Shown here one piece after another: positions 1-15,000 of a stretch of 64,000 nucleotides of DNA (position 1 is the first letter of the stretch; the number at the start of each line of letters is the position of its first letter). This DNA is from Yuukianura sp. NJ FZ-2021 (lineage: Eukaryota). The position numbers and the translations under genes are program-made. The notes under the pieces were generated by a model. That model was not told where the DNA came from. It did no database searches and worked only from the letters and a program-made list of their open reading frames with translations. The stretch is from the NCBI GenBank assembly GCA_046563655.1, contig JAJCTO010000011.1, positions 682,001 to 746,000 on the forward strand, given 5' to 3'.

Positions 1-3000
1 ATTTTTACATGTTGGCGTCATGGGGTCGTTCTGCAAAATTTTCTTTTAGTGCAATCGAGAGGTGCCAGGAATCGACATGTGGCGAAAAGTGCGACAACTA
101 GTGTGTTCCTAAGTAAAACACAGTAGCAGTTAGAGGTCAAATGTAACCAACAACGAGTACAAGCATGATATTCAGCTGTCATGACTAGAGATAAAAATTT
201 TTACATGTTGGCGTCATGGGGTCGTTCTGCAAAATTTTCTTTTAGTGCAATCGAGAGGTGCCAGGAATCGACATGTGGCGAAAGGTGCGACAACTAGTGT
301 GTTCCTTAGTAAAACACAGTAGCAGTTAGAGGTCAAATGTAACCAACAACGAGTACAAGCATGATATTCGGCTGTCATGACTAGAGATAAAAATTTTTAC
401 ATGTTGGCGTCATGGGGTCGTTCTGCAAAATTTTCTTTTAGTGCAATCGAGAGGTGCCAGGAATCGACATGTGGCGAAAAGTGCGACAACTAGTGTGTTC
501 CTAAGTAAAACACAGTAGCAGTTAGAGGTCAAATGTAACCAACAACGAGTACAAGCATGATATTCAGCTGTCATGACTAGAGATAAAAAATTTTACATGT
601 TGGCGTCATGGGGTCGTTCTGCAAAATTTTCTTTTAGTGCAATCGAGAGGTGCCAGGAATGGACATGTGGCGAAAAGGTGCGACAACTAGTGTGTTCCTA
701 AGTAAAACACAGTAGCAGTTAGAGGTCAAATGTAACCAACAACGGGTACAAGCATGATATTCAGCTGTCATGACTAGAGATAAAAATTTTTACATGTTGG
801 CGTCATGGGGTCGATTCTGCAAAATTTTCTTTTAGTGCAATCGAGAGGTGCCAGGAATCGACATGTGGCGAAAAGTGCGACAACTAGTGTGTTCCTAAGT
901 AAAATACAGTAGCAGTTAGAGGTCAAATGTAACCAACAACGAGTACAAGCATGATATTCAGCTGTCATGACTAGAGATAAAAAATTTTACATGTTGGCGT
1001 CATGGGGTCGTTCTGCAAAATTTTCTTTTAGTGCAATCGAGAGGTGCCAGGAATCGACATGTGGCGAAAAGTGCGACAACTAGTGTGTTCCCAAGTAAAA
1101 CACAGTAGCAGTTAGAGGTCAAATGTAACCAACAACGAGTACAAGCATGATATTCAGCTGTCATGACTAGAGATAAAAATTTTTACATGTTGGCGTCATG
1201 GGGTCGTTCTGCAAAATTTTCTTTTAGTGCAATCGAGAGGTGCCAGGAATCGACATGTGGCGAAAAGTGCGACAACTAGTGTGTTCCTAAGTAAAACACA
1301 GTAGCAGTTAGAGGTCAAATGTAACCAACAACGAGTACAAGCATGATATTCAGCTGTCATGATTAGAGATAAAAATTTTTACATGTTGGCGTCATGGGGT
1401 CGTTCTGCAAAATTTTCTTTTAGTGCAATCGAGAGGTGCCAGGAATCGACATGTGGCGAAAGGTGCGACAACTAGTGTGTTCCTAAGTAAAACACAGTAG
1501 CAGTTAGAGGTCAAATGTAACCAACAACGAGTACAAGCATGATATTCAGCTGTCATGACTAGAGATAAAAATTTTTACATGTTGGCGTCATGGGGTCGTT
1601 CTGCAAAATTTTCTTTTAGTGCAATCGAGAGGTGCCAGGAATCGACATGTGGCGAAAGGTGCGACAACTAGTGTGTTCCTAAGTAAAACACAGTAGCAGT
1701 TAGAGGTCAAATGTAACCAACAACGAGTACAAGCATGATATTCGGCTGTCATGACTAGAGATAAAAATTTTTACATGCTGGCGTCACGGGGTCGTTCTGC
1801 AAAATTTTCTTTTAGTGCAATCGAGAGGTGCCAGGAATCGACATGTGGCGAAAAGTGCGACAACTAGTGTGTTCTTAAGTAAAACACAGTAGCAGTTAGA
1901 GGTCAAATGTAACCAACAACGAGTACAAGCATGATATTCAGCTGTCATGACTAGAGATAAAAATTTTTACATGTTGGCGTCATGGGGTCGTTCTGCAAAA
2001 TTTTCTTTTAGTGCAATCGAGAGGTGCCAGGAATCGACATGTGGCGAAAAGTGCGACAACTAGTGTGTTCCTAAGTAAAACACAGTAGCAGTTAGAGGTC
2101 AAATGTAACCAACAACGGGTACAAGCATGATATTCAGCTGTCATGACTAGAGATAAAAATTTTTACATGTTGGCGTCATGGGGTCGATTCTGCAAAATTT
2201 TCTTTTAGTGCAATCGAGAGGTGCCAGGAATCGACATGTGGCGAAAAGGTGCGACAACTAGTGTGTTCCTAAGTAAAATACAGTAGCAGTTAGAGGTCAA
2301 ATGTAACCAACAACGAGTACAAGCATGATATTCAGCTGTCATGACTAGAGATAAAATTTTTACATGTTGGCGTCATGGGGTCGTTCTGCAAAATTTTCTT
2401 TTAGTGCAATCGAGAGGTGCCAGGAATCGACATGTGGCGAAAAGTGCGACAACTAGTGTGTTCCTAAGTAAAACACAGTAGCAGTTAGAGGTCAAATGTA
2501 ACCAACAACGAGTACAAGCATGATATTCAGCTGTCATGACTAGAGATAAAAATTTTTACATGTTGGCGTCATGGGGTCGTTCTGCAAAATTTTCTTTTAG
2601 TGCAATCGAGAGGTGCCAGGAATCGACATGTGGCGAAAAGTGCGACAACTAGTGTGTTCCTAAGTAAAACACAGTAGCAGTTAGAGGTCAAATGTAACCA
2701 ACAACGAGTACAAGCATGATATTCAGCTGTCATGACTAGAGATAAAATTTTTACATGTTGGCGTCATGGGATCGTTCTGCAAAATTTTCTTTTAGTGCAA
2801 TCGAGAGGTGCCAGGAATCGACATGTGGCGAAAAGTGCGACAACTAGTGTGTTCTTAAGTAAAACACAGTAGCAGTTAGAGGTCAAATGTAGCCAGCAAC
2901 GAGATCAAGCATGATATTCAGCTGTCATGCCTAGAGATAGAAATTTTTACATGTTGGCGTCATGGGGTGTTTCTGCAAAATTTTCTTTTAGTGCAATCGA

Positions 3001-6000
3001 GAGGTGCCAGGAATCGACATGTGGCGAAAAGTGCGACAACTAGTGTGTTCTTAAGTAAAACACAGTAGCAGTTAGAGGTCAAATGTAACCAACAACGAGT
3101 ACAAGCATGATATTCAGCTGTCATGACTAGAGATAAAAATTTTTACATGTTGGCGTCATGGGGTCGTTCTGCAAAATTTTCTTTTAGTGCAATCGAGAGG
3201 TGCCAGGAATCGACATGTGGCGAAAAGTGCGACAACTAGTGTGTTCTTAAGTAAAACACAGTAGCAGTTAGAGGTCAAATGTAACCAACAACGGGTACAA
3301 GCATGATATTCAGCTGTCATGACTAGAGATAAAATTTTTTACATGTTGGCGTCATGGGGTCGTTCTGCAAAATTTTCTTTTAGTGCAATCGAGAGGTGCC
3401 AGGAATCGACATGTGGCGAAAAGTGCGACAACTAGTGTGTTCCTAAGTAAAACACAGTAGCAGTTAGAGGTCAAATGTAACCAACAACGAGTACAAGCAT
3501 GATATTCAGCTGTCATGACTAGAGATAAAAATTTTTACATGTTGGCGTCATGGGGTCGTTCTGCAAAATTTTCTTTTAGTGCAATCGAGAGGTGCCAGGA
3601 ATCGACATGTGGCGAAAAGTGCGACAACTAGTGTGTTCCTAAGTAAAACACAGTAGCAGTTAGAGGTCAAATGTAACCAACAACGAGTACAAGCATGATA
3701 TTCAGCTGTCATGACTAGAGATAAAAAATTTTACATGTTGGCGTCATGGGGTCGTTCTGCAAAATTTTCTTTTAGTGCAATCGAGAGGTGCCAGGAATCG
3801 ACATGTGGCGAAAAGTGCGACAACTAGTGTGTTCCTAAGTAAAACACAGTAGCAGTTAGAGGTCAAATGTAACCAACAACGAGTACAAGCATGATATTCA
3901 GCTGTCATGACTAGAGCTAGAAATTTTTACATGTTGGCGTCATGGGGTCGTTCTGAAAAATTTTCTTTTAGTGTAATCGAGAGGTGCCAGGAATCGACAT
4001 GTGGCGAAAAGGTGCGACAACTAGTGTGTTCCTAAGTAAAACACAGTAGCAGTTAGAGGTCAAATGTAACCAACAACGAGTACAAGCATGATATTCAGCT
4101 GTCATGACTAGAGATAAAATTTTTACATGTTGGCGTCATGGGGTCGTTCTGCAAAATTTTCTTTTAGTGCAATCGAGAGGTGCCAGGAATCGACATGTGG
4201 CGAAAAGTGCGACAACTAGTGTGTTCTTAAGTAAAACACAGTAGCAGTTAGAGGTCAAATGTAACCAACAACGAGTACAAGCATGATATTCAGCTGTCAT
4301 GACTAGAGATAAAAATTTTTACATGTTGGCGTCATGGGGTCGTTCTGCAAAATTTTCTTTTAGTGCAATCGAGAGGTGCCAGGAATCGACATGTGGCGAA
4401 AAGTGCGACAACTAGTGTGTTCCTAAGTAAAACACAGTAGCAGTTAGAGGTCAAATGTAACCAACAACGAGTACAAGCATGATATTCAGCTGTCATGACT
4501 AGAGATAAAATTTTTACATGTTGGCGTCATTGGGTCGTTCTGCAAAATTTTCTTTTAGTGCAATCGAGAGGTGCCAGGAATCGACATGTGGCGAAAAGTG
4601 CGACAACTAGTGTGTTCCTAAGTAAAACACAGTAGCAGTTAGAGGTCAAATGTAACCAACAACGAGTACAAGCATGATATTCAGCTGTCATGACTAGAGA
4701 TAAAAATTTTTACATGTTGGCGTCATGGGGCCGTTCTGCAAAATTTTCTTTTAGTGCAATCGAGAGGTGCCAGGAATCGACATGTGGCGAAAGGTGCGAC
4801 AACTAGTGTGTTCCTAAGTAAAACACAGTAGCAGTTAGAGGTCAAATGTAACCAACAACGGGTACAAGCATGATATTCAGCTGTCATGACTAGAGATAAA
4901 AATTTTTACATGTTGGCGTCATGGGTCGTTCTGCAAAATTTTCTTTTAGTGCAATCGAGAGGTGCCAGGAATCGACATGTGGCGAAAAGTGCGACAACTA
5001 GTGTGTTCCTAAGTAAAACACAGTAGCAGTTAGAGGTCAAATGTAACCAACAACGAGTACAAGCATGATATTCAGCTGTCATGACTAGAGATAAAAATTT
5101 TTACATGTTGGCGTCATGGGGTCGTTCTGCAAAATTTTCTTTTAGTGCAATCGAGAGGTGCCAGGAATCGACATGTGGCGAAAGGTGCGACAACTAGTGT
5201 GTTCCTAAGTAAAACACAGTAGCAGTTAGAGGTCAAATGTAACCAACAACGAGTACAAGCATGATATTCAGCTGTCATGACTAGAGATAAAAATTTTTAC
5301 ATGTTGGCGTCATGGGGTCGTTCTGCAAAATTTTCTTTTAGTGCAATCGAGAGGTGCCAGGAATCGACATGTGGCGAAAAGTGCGACAACTAGTGTGTTC
5401 CTAAGTAAAACACAGTAGCAGTTAGAGGTCAAATGTAACCAACAACGAGTACAAGCATGATATTCAGCTGTCATGACTAGAGATAAAATTTTTTACATGT
5501 TGGCGTCATGGGGTCGTTCTGCAAAATTTTCTTTTAGTGCAATCGAGAGGTGCCAGGAATCGACATGTGGCGAAAAGTGCGACAACTAGTGTGTTCTTAA
5601 GTAAAACACAGTAGCAGTTAGAGGTCAAATGTAGCCAGCAACGAGTACAAGCATGATATTCAGCTGTCATGACTAGAGATAGAAATTTTTACATGTTGGC
5701 GTCATGGGGTCGTTCGGCAAAATTTTCTTTTAGTGCAATCGAGAGGTGCCAGGAATCGACATGTGGCGAAAAGTGCGACAACTAGTGTGTTCCTAAGTAA
5801 AACACAGTAGCAGTTAGAGGTCAAATGTAACCAACAACGAGTACAAGCATGATATTCAGCTGTCATGACTAGAGATAAAAATTTTTACATGTTGGCGTCA
5901 TGGGGTCGTTCTGCAAAATTTTCTTTTAGTGCAATCGAGAGGTGCCAGGAATCGACATGTGGCGAAAAGTGCGACAACTAGTGTGTTCCTAAGTAAAACA

Positions 6001-9000
6001 CAGTAGCAGTTAGAGGTCAAATGTAACCAACAACGAGTACAAGCATGATATTCAGCTGTCATGACTAGAGATAAAAATTTTTACATGTTGGCGTCATGGG
6101 GTCGTTCTGCAAAATTTTCTTTTAGTGCAATCGAGAGGTGCCAGGAATCGACATGTGGCGAAAAGTGCGACAACTAGTGTGTTCCTAAGTAAAACACAGT
6201 AGCAGTTAGAGGTCAAATGTAACCAACAACGAGTACAAGCATGATATTCAGCTGTCATGACTAGAGATAAAAATTTTTACATGTTGGCGTCATGGGGTCG
6301 TTCTGCAAAATTTTCTTTTAGTGCAATCGAGAGGTGCCAGGAATCGACATGTGGCGAAAAGTGCGACAACTAGTGTGTTCCTAAGTAAAATACAGTAGCA
6401 GTTAGAGGTCAAATGTAACCAACAACGAGTACAAGCATGATATTCAGCTGTCATGACTAGAGATAAAATTTTTTACATGTTGGCGTCATGGGGTCGTTCT
6501 GCAAAATTTTCTTTTAGTGCAATCGAGAGGTGCCAGGAATCGACATGTGGCGAAAAGTGAGACAACTAGTGTGTTCCTAAGTAAAACACAGTAGCAGTTA
6601 GAGGTCAAATGTAACCAACAACGAGTACAAGCATGATATTCAGCTGTCATGATTAGAGATAAAAATTTTTACATGTTGGCGTCATGGGGCCGTTCTGCAA
6701 AATTTTCTTTTAGTGCAATCGAGAGGTGCCAGGAATCGACATGTGGCGAAAGGTGCGACAACTAGTGTGTTCCTAAGTAAAACACAGTAGCAGTTAGAGG
6801 TCAAATGTAACCAACAACGAGTACAAGCATGATATTCAGCTGTCATGACTAGAGATAAAAATTTTTACATGTTGGCGTCATGGGTCGTTCTGCAAAATTT
6901 TCTTTTAGTGCAATCGAGAGGTGCCAGGAATCGACATGTGGCGAAAGGTGCGACAACTAGTGTGTTCCTAAGTAAAACACAGTAGCAGTTAGAGGTCAAA
7001 TGTAACCAACAACGAGTACAAGCATGATATTCAGCTGTCATGACTAGAGATAAAAATTTTTACATGTTGGCGTCATGGGGTCGTTCTGCAAAATTTTCTT
7101 TTAGTGCAATCGAGAGGTGCCATGAATCGACATGTGGCGAAAAGGTGCGACAACTAGTGTGTTCCTTAAGTAAAACACAGTAGCAGTTAGAGGTCAAATG
7201 TAACCAACAACGAGTACAAGCATGATATTCAGCTGTCATGACTAGAGATAAAAATTTTTACATGTTGGCGTCATGGGGTCGTTCTGCAAAATTTTCTTTT
7301 AGTGCAATCGAGAGGTGCCAGGAATCGACATGTGGCGAAAAGTGCGACAACTAGTGTGTTCCTAAGTAAAATACAGTAGCAGTTAGAGGTCAAATGTAAC
7401 CAACAACGAGTACAAGCATGATATTCAGCTGTCATGACTAGAGATAAAATTTTTACATGTTGGCGTCATTGGGGTCGTTCTGCAAAATTTTCTTTTAGTG
7501 CAATCCGAGAGGTGCCAGGAATCGACATGTGGCGAAAAGTGCGACAACTAGTGTGTTCCTAAGTAAAACACAGTAGCAGTTAGAGGTCAAATGTAACCAA
7601 CAACGAGTACAAGCATGATATTCAGCTGTCATGACTAGAGATAAAAATTTTTACATGTTGGCGTCATGGGGTCGTTCTGCAAAATTTTCTTTTAGTGCAA
7701 TCGAGAGGTGCCAGGAATCGACATGTGGCGAAAAGTGCGACAACTAGTGTGTTCCTAAGTAAAACACAGTAGCAGTTAGAGGTCAAATGTAACCAACAAC
7801 GAGTACAAGCATGATATTCAGCTGTCATGACTAGAGATAAAATTTTTACATGTTGGCGTCATGGGGTCGTTCTGCAAAATTTTCTTTTAGTGCAATCGAG
7901 AGGTGCCAGGAATCGACATGTGGCGAAAAGTGCGACAACTAGTGTGTTCCTAAGTAAAACACAGTAGCAGTTAGAGGTCAAATGTAGCCAACAACGAGTA
8001 CAAGCATGATATTCAGCTGTCATGACTAGAGATAAAAATTTTTACATGTTGGCGTCATGGGGTCGTTCTGCAAAATTTTCTTTTAGTGCAATCGAGAGGT
8101 GCCAGGAATCGACATGTGGCGAAAAGTGCGACAACTAGTGTGTTCTTAAGTAAAACACAGTAGCAGTTAGAGGTCAAATGTAACCAACAACGAGTACAAG
8201 CATGATATTCAGCTGTCATGACTAGAGATAAAAATTTTTACATGTTGGCGTCATGGGGTCGTTCTGCAAAATTTTCTTTTAGTGCAATCGAGAGGTGCCA
8301 GGAATCGACATGTGGCGAAAAGTGCGACAACTAGTGTGTTCCTAAGTAAAACACAGTAGCAGTTAGAGGTCAAATGTAACCAACAACGAGTACAAGCATG
8401 ATATTCAGCTGTCATGACTAGAGATAAAATTTTTACATGTTGGCGTCACGGGGTCGTTCTGCAAAATTTTCTTTTAGTGCAATCGAGAGGTGCCAGGAAT
8501 CGACATGTGGCGAAAAGTGCGACAACTAGTGTGTTCTTAAGTAAAACACAGTAGCAGTTAGAGGTCAAATGCAGCCAACAACGAGTACAAGCATGATATT
8601 CAGTTGTCATGACTAGAGATAGAATTATTTACATGTTGGCGTCACGGGGTCGTTCTGCAAAATTTTCTTTTAGTGCAATCGAGAGGTGCCAGGAATCGAC
8701 ATGTGGCGAAAAGTGCGACAACTAGTGTGTTCTTAAGTAAAACACAGTAGCAGTTAGAGGTCAAATGTAGCCAACAACGAGTACAAGCATGATATTCAGC
8801 TGTCATGACTAGAGATAAAAATTTTTACATGTTGGCGTCATGGGGTCGTTCTGCAAAATTTTCTTTTAGTGCAATCGAGAGGTGCCAGGAATCGACATGT
8901 GGCGAAAAGTGCGACAACTAGTGTGTTCTTAAGTAAAACACAGTAGCAGTTAGAGGTCAAATGTAACCAACAACGAGTACAAGCATGATATTCAGCTGTC

Positions 9001-12000
9001 ATGACTAGAGATAGAAATTTTTACATGCTGGCGTCATGGGGTCGTTCTGCAAAATTTTCTTTTAGTGCAATCGAGAGGTGCCAGGAATCGACATGTGGCG
9101 AAAAGTGCGACAACTAGTGTGTTCTTAAGTAAAACACAGTAGCAGTTAGAGGTCAAATGTAACCAACAACGAGTACAAGCATGATATTCAGCTGTCATGA
9201 CTAGAGATAAAAATTTTTACATGTTGGCGTCATGGGGTCGTTCTGCAAAATTTTCTTTTAGTGCAATCGAGAGGTGCCATGGAATCGACATGTGGCGAAA
9301 AGTGCGACAACTAGTGTGTTCCTAAGTAAAACACAGTAGCAGTTAGAGGTCAAATGTAACCAACAACGAGTACAAGCATGATATTCAGCTGTCATGACTA
9401 GAGATAAAATTTTTTACATGTTGGCGTCATGGGGTCGTTCTGCAAAATTTTCTTTTAGTGCAATCGAGAGGTGCCAGGAATCGACATGTGGCGAAAAGTG
9501 CGACAACTAGTGTGTTCCTAAGTAAAACACAGTAGCAGTTAGAGGTCAAATGTAACCAACAACGAGTACAAGCATGATATTCAGCTGTCATGACTAGAGA
9601 TAAAAATTTTTACATGTTGGCGTCACGGGGTCGTTCTGCAAAATTTTCTTTTAGTGCAATCGAGAGGTGCCAGGAATCGACATGTGGCGAAAAGTGCGAC
9701 AACTAGTGTGTTCTTAAGTAAAACACAGTAGCAGTTAGAGGTCAAATGTAGCCAACAACGAGTACAAGCATGATATTCAGCTGTCATGACTAGAGATAAA
9801 ATTTTTTGCATGTTGGCGTCATGGGGTCGTTCTGCAAAATTTTCTTTTAGTGCAATCGAGAGGTGCCAGGAATCGACATGTGGCGAAAAGTGCGACAACT
9901 AGTGTGTTCTTAAGTAAAACACAGTAGCAGTTAGAGGTCAAATGTAACCAACAACGAGTACAAGCATGATATTCAGCTGTCATGACTAGAGATAAAAATT
10001 TTTACATGTTGGCGTCACGGGGTCGTTCTGCAAAATTTTCTTTTAGTGCAATCGAGAGGTGCCAGGAATCGACATGTGGCGAAAAGTGCGACAACTAGTG
10101 TGTTCTTAAGTAAAACACAGTAGCAGTTAGAGGTCAAATGTAACCAACAACGAGTACAAGCATGATATTCAGCTGTCATGACTAGAGATAAAAATTTTTA
10201 CATGTTGGCGTCATGGGGTCGTTCTGCAAAATTTTCTTTTAGTGCAATCGAGAGGTGCCAGGAATCGACATGTGGCGAAAAGTGCGACAACTAGTGTGTT
10301 CCTAAGTAAAACACAGTAGCAGTTAGAGGTCAAATGTAACCAACAACGAGTACAAGCATGATATTCAGCTGTCATGACTAGAGATAAAAATTTTTACATG
10401 TTGGCGTCATGGGGTCGTTCTGCAAAATTTTCTTTTAGTGCAATCGAGAGGTGCCAGGAATCGACATGTGGCGAAAAGTGCGACAACTAGTGTGTTCCTA
10501 AGTAAAACACAGTAGCAGTTAGAGGTCAAATGTAGCCAACAACGAGTACAAGCATGATATTCAGCTGTCATGACTAGAGATAGAAATTTTTACATGTTGG
10601 CGTCATGGGGTCGTTCTGCAAAATTTTCTTTTAGTGCAATCGAGAGGTGCCAGGAATCGACATGTGGCGAAAAGTGCGACAACTAGTGTGTTCCTAAGTA
10701 AAACACAGTAGCAGTTAGAGGTCAAATGTAAGCCAACAACGAGTACAAGCATGATATTCAGCTGTCATGACTAGAGATAAAATTTTTTACATGTTGGCGT
10801 CATTGGGTCGTTCTGCAAAATTTTCTTTTAGTGCAATCGAGAGGTGCCAGGAATCGACATGTGGCGAAAGGTGCGACAACTAGTGTGTTCCTAAGTAAAA
10901 CACAGTAGCAGTTAGAGGTCAAATGTAACCAACAACGAGTACAAGCATGATATTCAGCTGTCATGACTAGAGATAAAAATTTTTACATGTTGGCGTCATG
11001 GGGTCCGTTCTGCAAAATTTTCTTTTAGTGCAATCGAGAGGTGCCAGGAATCGACATGTGGCGAAAAGTGCGACAACTAGTGTGTTCCTAAGTAAAACAC
11101 AGTAGCAGTTAGAGGTCAAATGTAACCAACAACGAGTACAAGCATGATATTCAGCTGTCATGACTAGAGATAAAAATTTTTACATGTTGGCGTCATGGGG
11201 TCGTTCTGCAAAATTTTCTTTTAGTGCAATCGAGAGGTGCCAGGAATCGACATGTGGCGAAAAGGTGCGACAACTAGTGTGTTCCTAAGTAAAACACAGT
11301 AGCAGTTAGAGGTCAAATGTAACCAACAACGAGTACAAGCATGATATTCAGCTGTCATGACTAGAGATAAAAATTTTTACATGTTGGCGTCATGGGGTCG
11401 TTCTGCAAAATTTTCTTTTAGTGCAATCGAGAGGTGCCAGGAATCGACATGTGGCGAAAAGTGCGACAACTAGTGTGTTCCTAAGTAAAACACAGTAGCA
11501 GTTAGAGGTCAAATGTAACCAACAACGAGTACAAGCATGATATTCAGCTGTCATGACTAGAGATAGAAAATTTTTACATGTTGGCGTCATGGGGTCGTTC
11601 TGCAAAATTTTCTTTTAGTGCAATCGAGAGGTGCCAGGAATCGACATGTGGCGAAAAGTGCGACAACTAGTGTGTTCCTAAGTAAAACACAGTAGCAGTT
11701 AGAGGTCAAATGTAACCAACAACGAGTACAAGCATGATATTCAGCTGTCATGACTAGAGATAAAATTTTTTACATGTTGGCGTCATTGGGTCGTTCTGCA
11801 AAATTTTCTTTTAGTGCAATCGAGAGGTGCCAGGAATCGACATGTGGCGAAAAGTGAGACAACTAGTGTGTTCCTAAGTAAAACACAGTAGCAGTTAGAG
11901 GTCAAATGTAACCAACAACGAGTACAAGCATGATATTCAGCTGTCATGACTAGAGATAAAAATTTTTACATGTTGGCGTCATGGGGCCGTTCTGCAAAAT

Positions 12001-15000
12001 TTTCTTTTAGTGCAATCGAGAGGTGCCAGGAATCGACATGTGGCGAAAAGTGCGACAACTAGTGTGTTCCTAAGTAAAACACAGTAGCAGTTAGAGGTCA
12101 AATGTAACCAACAACGGGTACAAGCATGATATTCAGCTGTCATGACTAGAGATAAAAATTTTTACATGTTGGCGTCATGGGTCGTTCTGCAAAATTTTCT
12201 TTTAGTGCAATCGAGAGGTGCCAGGAATCGACATGTGGCGAAAAGTGCGACAACTAGTGTGTTCCTAAGTAAAACACAGTAGCAGTTAGAGGTCAAATGT
12301 AACCAACAACGAGTACAAGCATGATATTCAGCTGTCATGACTAGAGATAAAAATTTTTACATGTTGGCGTCATGGGGTCGTTCTGCAAAATTTTCTTTTA
12401 GTGCAATCGAGAGGTGCCAGGAATCGACATGTGGCGAAAGGTGCGACAACTAGTGTGTTCCTAAGTAAAACACAGTAGCAGTTAGAGGTCAAATGTAACC
12501 AACAACGAGTACAAGCATGATATTCAGCTGTCATGACTAGAGATAAAAATTTTTACATGCTGGCGTCATGGGGTCGTTCAGCAAAATTTTCTTTTAGTGC
12601 AATCGAGAGGTGCCAGGAATCGACATGTGGCGAAAAGTGCGACAAGTAGTGTGTTCCTAAGTAAAAGACAGTAGCAGTTAGAGGTCAAATGTAACCAACA
12701 ACGAGTACAAGCATGATATTCAGCTGTCATGACTAGAGATAAAAATTTTTACATGTTGGCGTCATGGGGTCGTTCTGCAAAATTTTCTTTTAGTGCAATC
12801 GAGAGGTGCCAGGAATCGACATGTGGCGAAAAGTGCGACAACTAGTGTGTTCCTAAGTAAAACACAGTAGCAGTTAGAGGTCAAATGTAACCAACAACGA
12901 GTACAAGCATGATATTCAGCTGTCATGACTAGAGATAAAAATTTTTACATGTTGGCGTCATGGGGTCGTTCTGCAAAATTTTCTTTTAGTGCAATCGAGA
13001 GGTGCCAGGAATCGACATGTGGCGAAAAGTGCGACAACTAGTGTGTTCCTAAGTATAACACAGTAGCAGTTAGAGGTCAAATGTAACCAACAACGAGTAC
13101 AAGCATGATATTCAGCTGTCATGACTAGAGATAAAAATTTTTACATGTTGGCGTCATGGGGTCGTTCTGCAAAATTTTCTTTTAGTGCAATCGAGAGGTG
13201 CCAGGAATCGACATGTGGCGAAAAGTGCGACAACTAGTGTGTTCCTAAGTAAAACACAGTAGCAGTTAGAGGTCAAATGTAACCAACAACGAGTACAAGC
13301 ATGATATTCAGCTGTCATGACTAGAGATAAAAATTTTTACATGTTGGCGTCATGGGGTCGTTCTGCAAAATTTTCTTTTAGTGCAATCGAGAGGTGCCAG
13401 GAATCGACATGTGGCGAAAAGTGCGACAACTAGTGTGTTCCTAAGTAAAACACAGTAGCAGTTAGAGGTCAAATGTAACCAACAACGAGTACAAGCATGA
13501 TATTCAGTTGTCATGACTAGAGATAAAAATTTTTACATGTTGGCGTCATGGGGTCGTTCTGCAAAATTTTCTTTTAGTGCAATCGAGAGGTGCCAGGAAT
13601 CGACATGTGGCGAAAAGTGCGACAACTAGTGTGTTCTTAAGTAAAACACAGTAGCAGTTAGAGGTCAAATGTAACCAACAACGAGTACAAGCATGATATT
13701 CAGCTGTCATGACTAGAGATAAAAATTTTTACATGTTGGCGTCATGGGGTCGTTCTGCAAAATTTTCTTTTAGTGCAATCGAGAGGTGCCAGGAATCGAC
13801 ATGTGGCGAAAAGTGCGACAACTAGTGTGTTCCTAAGTAAAACACAGTAGCAGTTAGAGGTCAAATGTAACCAACAACGAGTACAAGCATGATATTCAGC
13901 TGTCATGACTAGAGATAAAAATTTTTACATGTTGGCGTCATGGGGTCGTTCTGCAAAATTTTCTTTTAGTGCAATCGAGAGGTGCCAGGAATCGACATGT
14001 GGCGAAAAGTGCGACAACTAGTGTGTTCCTAAGTAAAACACAGTAGCAGTTAGAGGTCAAATGTAACCAACAACGAGTACAAGCATGATATTCAGCTGTC
14101 ATGACTAGAGATAAAATTTTTACATGTTGGCGTCATGGGGTCGTTCTGCAAAATTTTCTTTTAGTGCAATCGAGAGGTGCCAGGAATCGACATGTGGCGA
14201 AAAGTGCGACAACTAGTGTGTTCCTAAGTAAAACACAGTAGCAGTTAGAGGTCAAATGTAACCAACAACGAGTACAAGCATGATATTCAGCTGTCATGAC
14301 TAGAGATAAAAATTTTTACATGTTGGCGTCATGGGGTCGTTCTGCAAAATTTTCTTTTAGTGCAATCGAGAGGTGCCAGGAATCGACATGTGGCGAAAAG
14401 TGCGACAACTAGTGTGTTCCTAAGTAAAACACAGTAGCAGTTAGAGGTCAAATGTAACCAACAACGAGTACAAGCATGATATTCAGCTGTCATGACTAGA
14501 GATAAAAATTTTTACATGTTGGCGTCATGGGGTCGTTCTGCAAAATTTTCTTTTAGTGCAATCGAGAGGTGCCAGGAATCGACATGTGGCGAAAAGTGCG
14601 ACAACTAGTGTGTTCCTAAGTAAAACACAGTAGCAGTTAGAGGTCAAATGTAACCAACAACGAGTACAAGCATGATATTCAGCTGTCATGACTAGAGATA
14701 AAAATTTTTACATGTTGGCGTCATGGGGTCGTTCTGCAAAATTTTCTTTTAGTGCAATCGAGAGGTGCCAGGAATCGACATGTGGCGAAAAGTGCGACAA
14801 CTAGTGTGTTCCTAAGTAAAACACAGTAGCAGTTAGAGGTCAAATGTAACCAACAACGAGTACAAGCATGATATTCAGCTGTCATGACTAGAGATAAAAA
14901 TTTTTACATGTTGGCGTCATGGGGTCGTTCTGCAAAATTTTCTTTTAGTGCAATCGAGAGGTGCCAGGAATCGACATGTGGCGAAAAGTGCGACAACTAG

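Noticed and set aside
80..102. Helitron-like 3' end (CTAGT) as the origin of the satellite
   Set aside because: No GC-rich hairpin at the expected distance upstream of CTAG.
134..147. Ecdysone response element in the monomer
   Set aside because: Only one AGGTCA half-site; no second half-site in IR1 or DR geometry.
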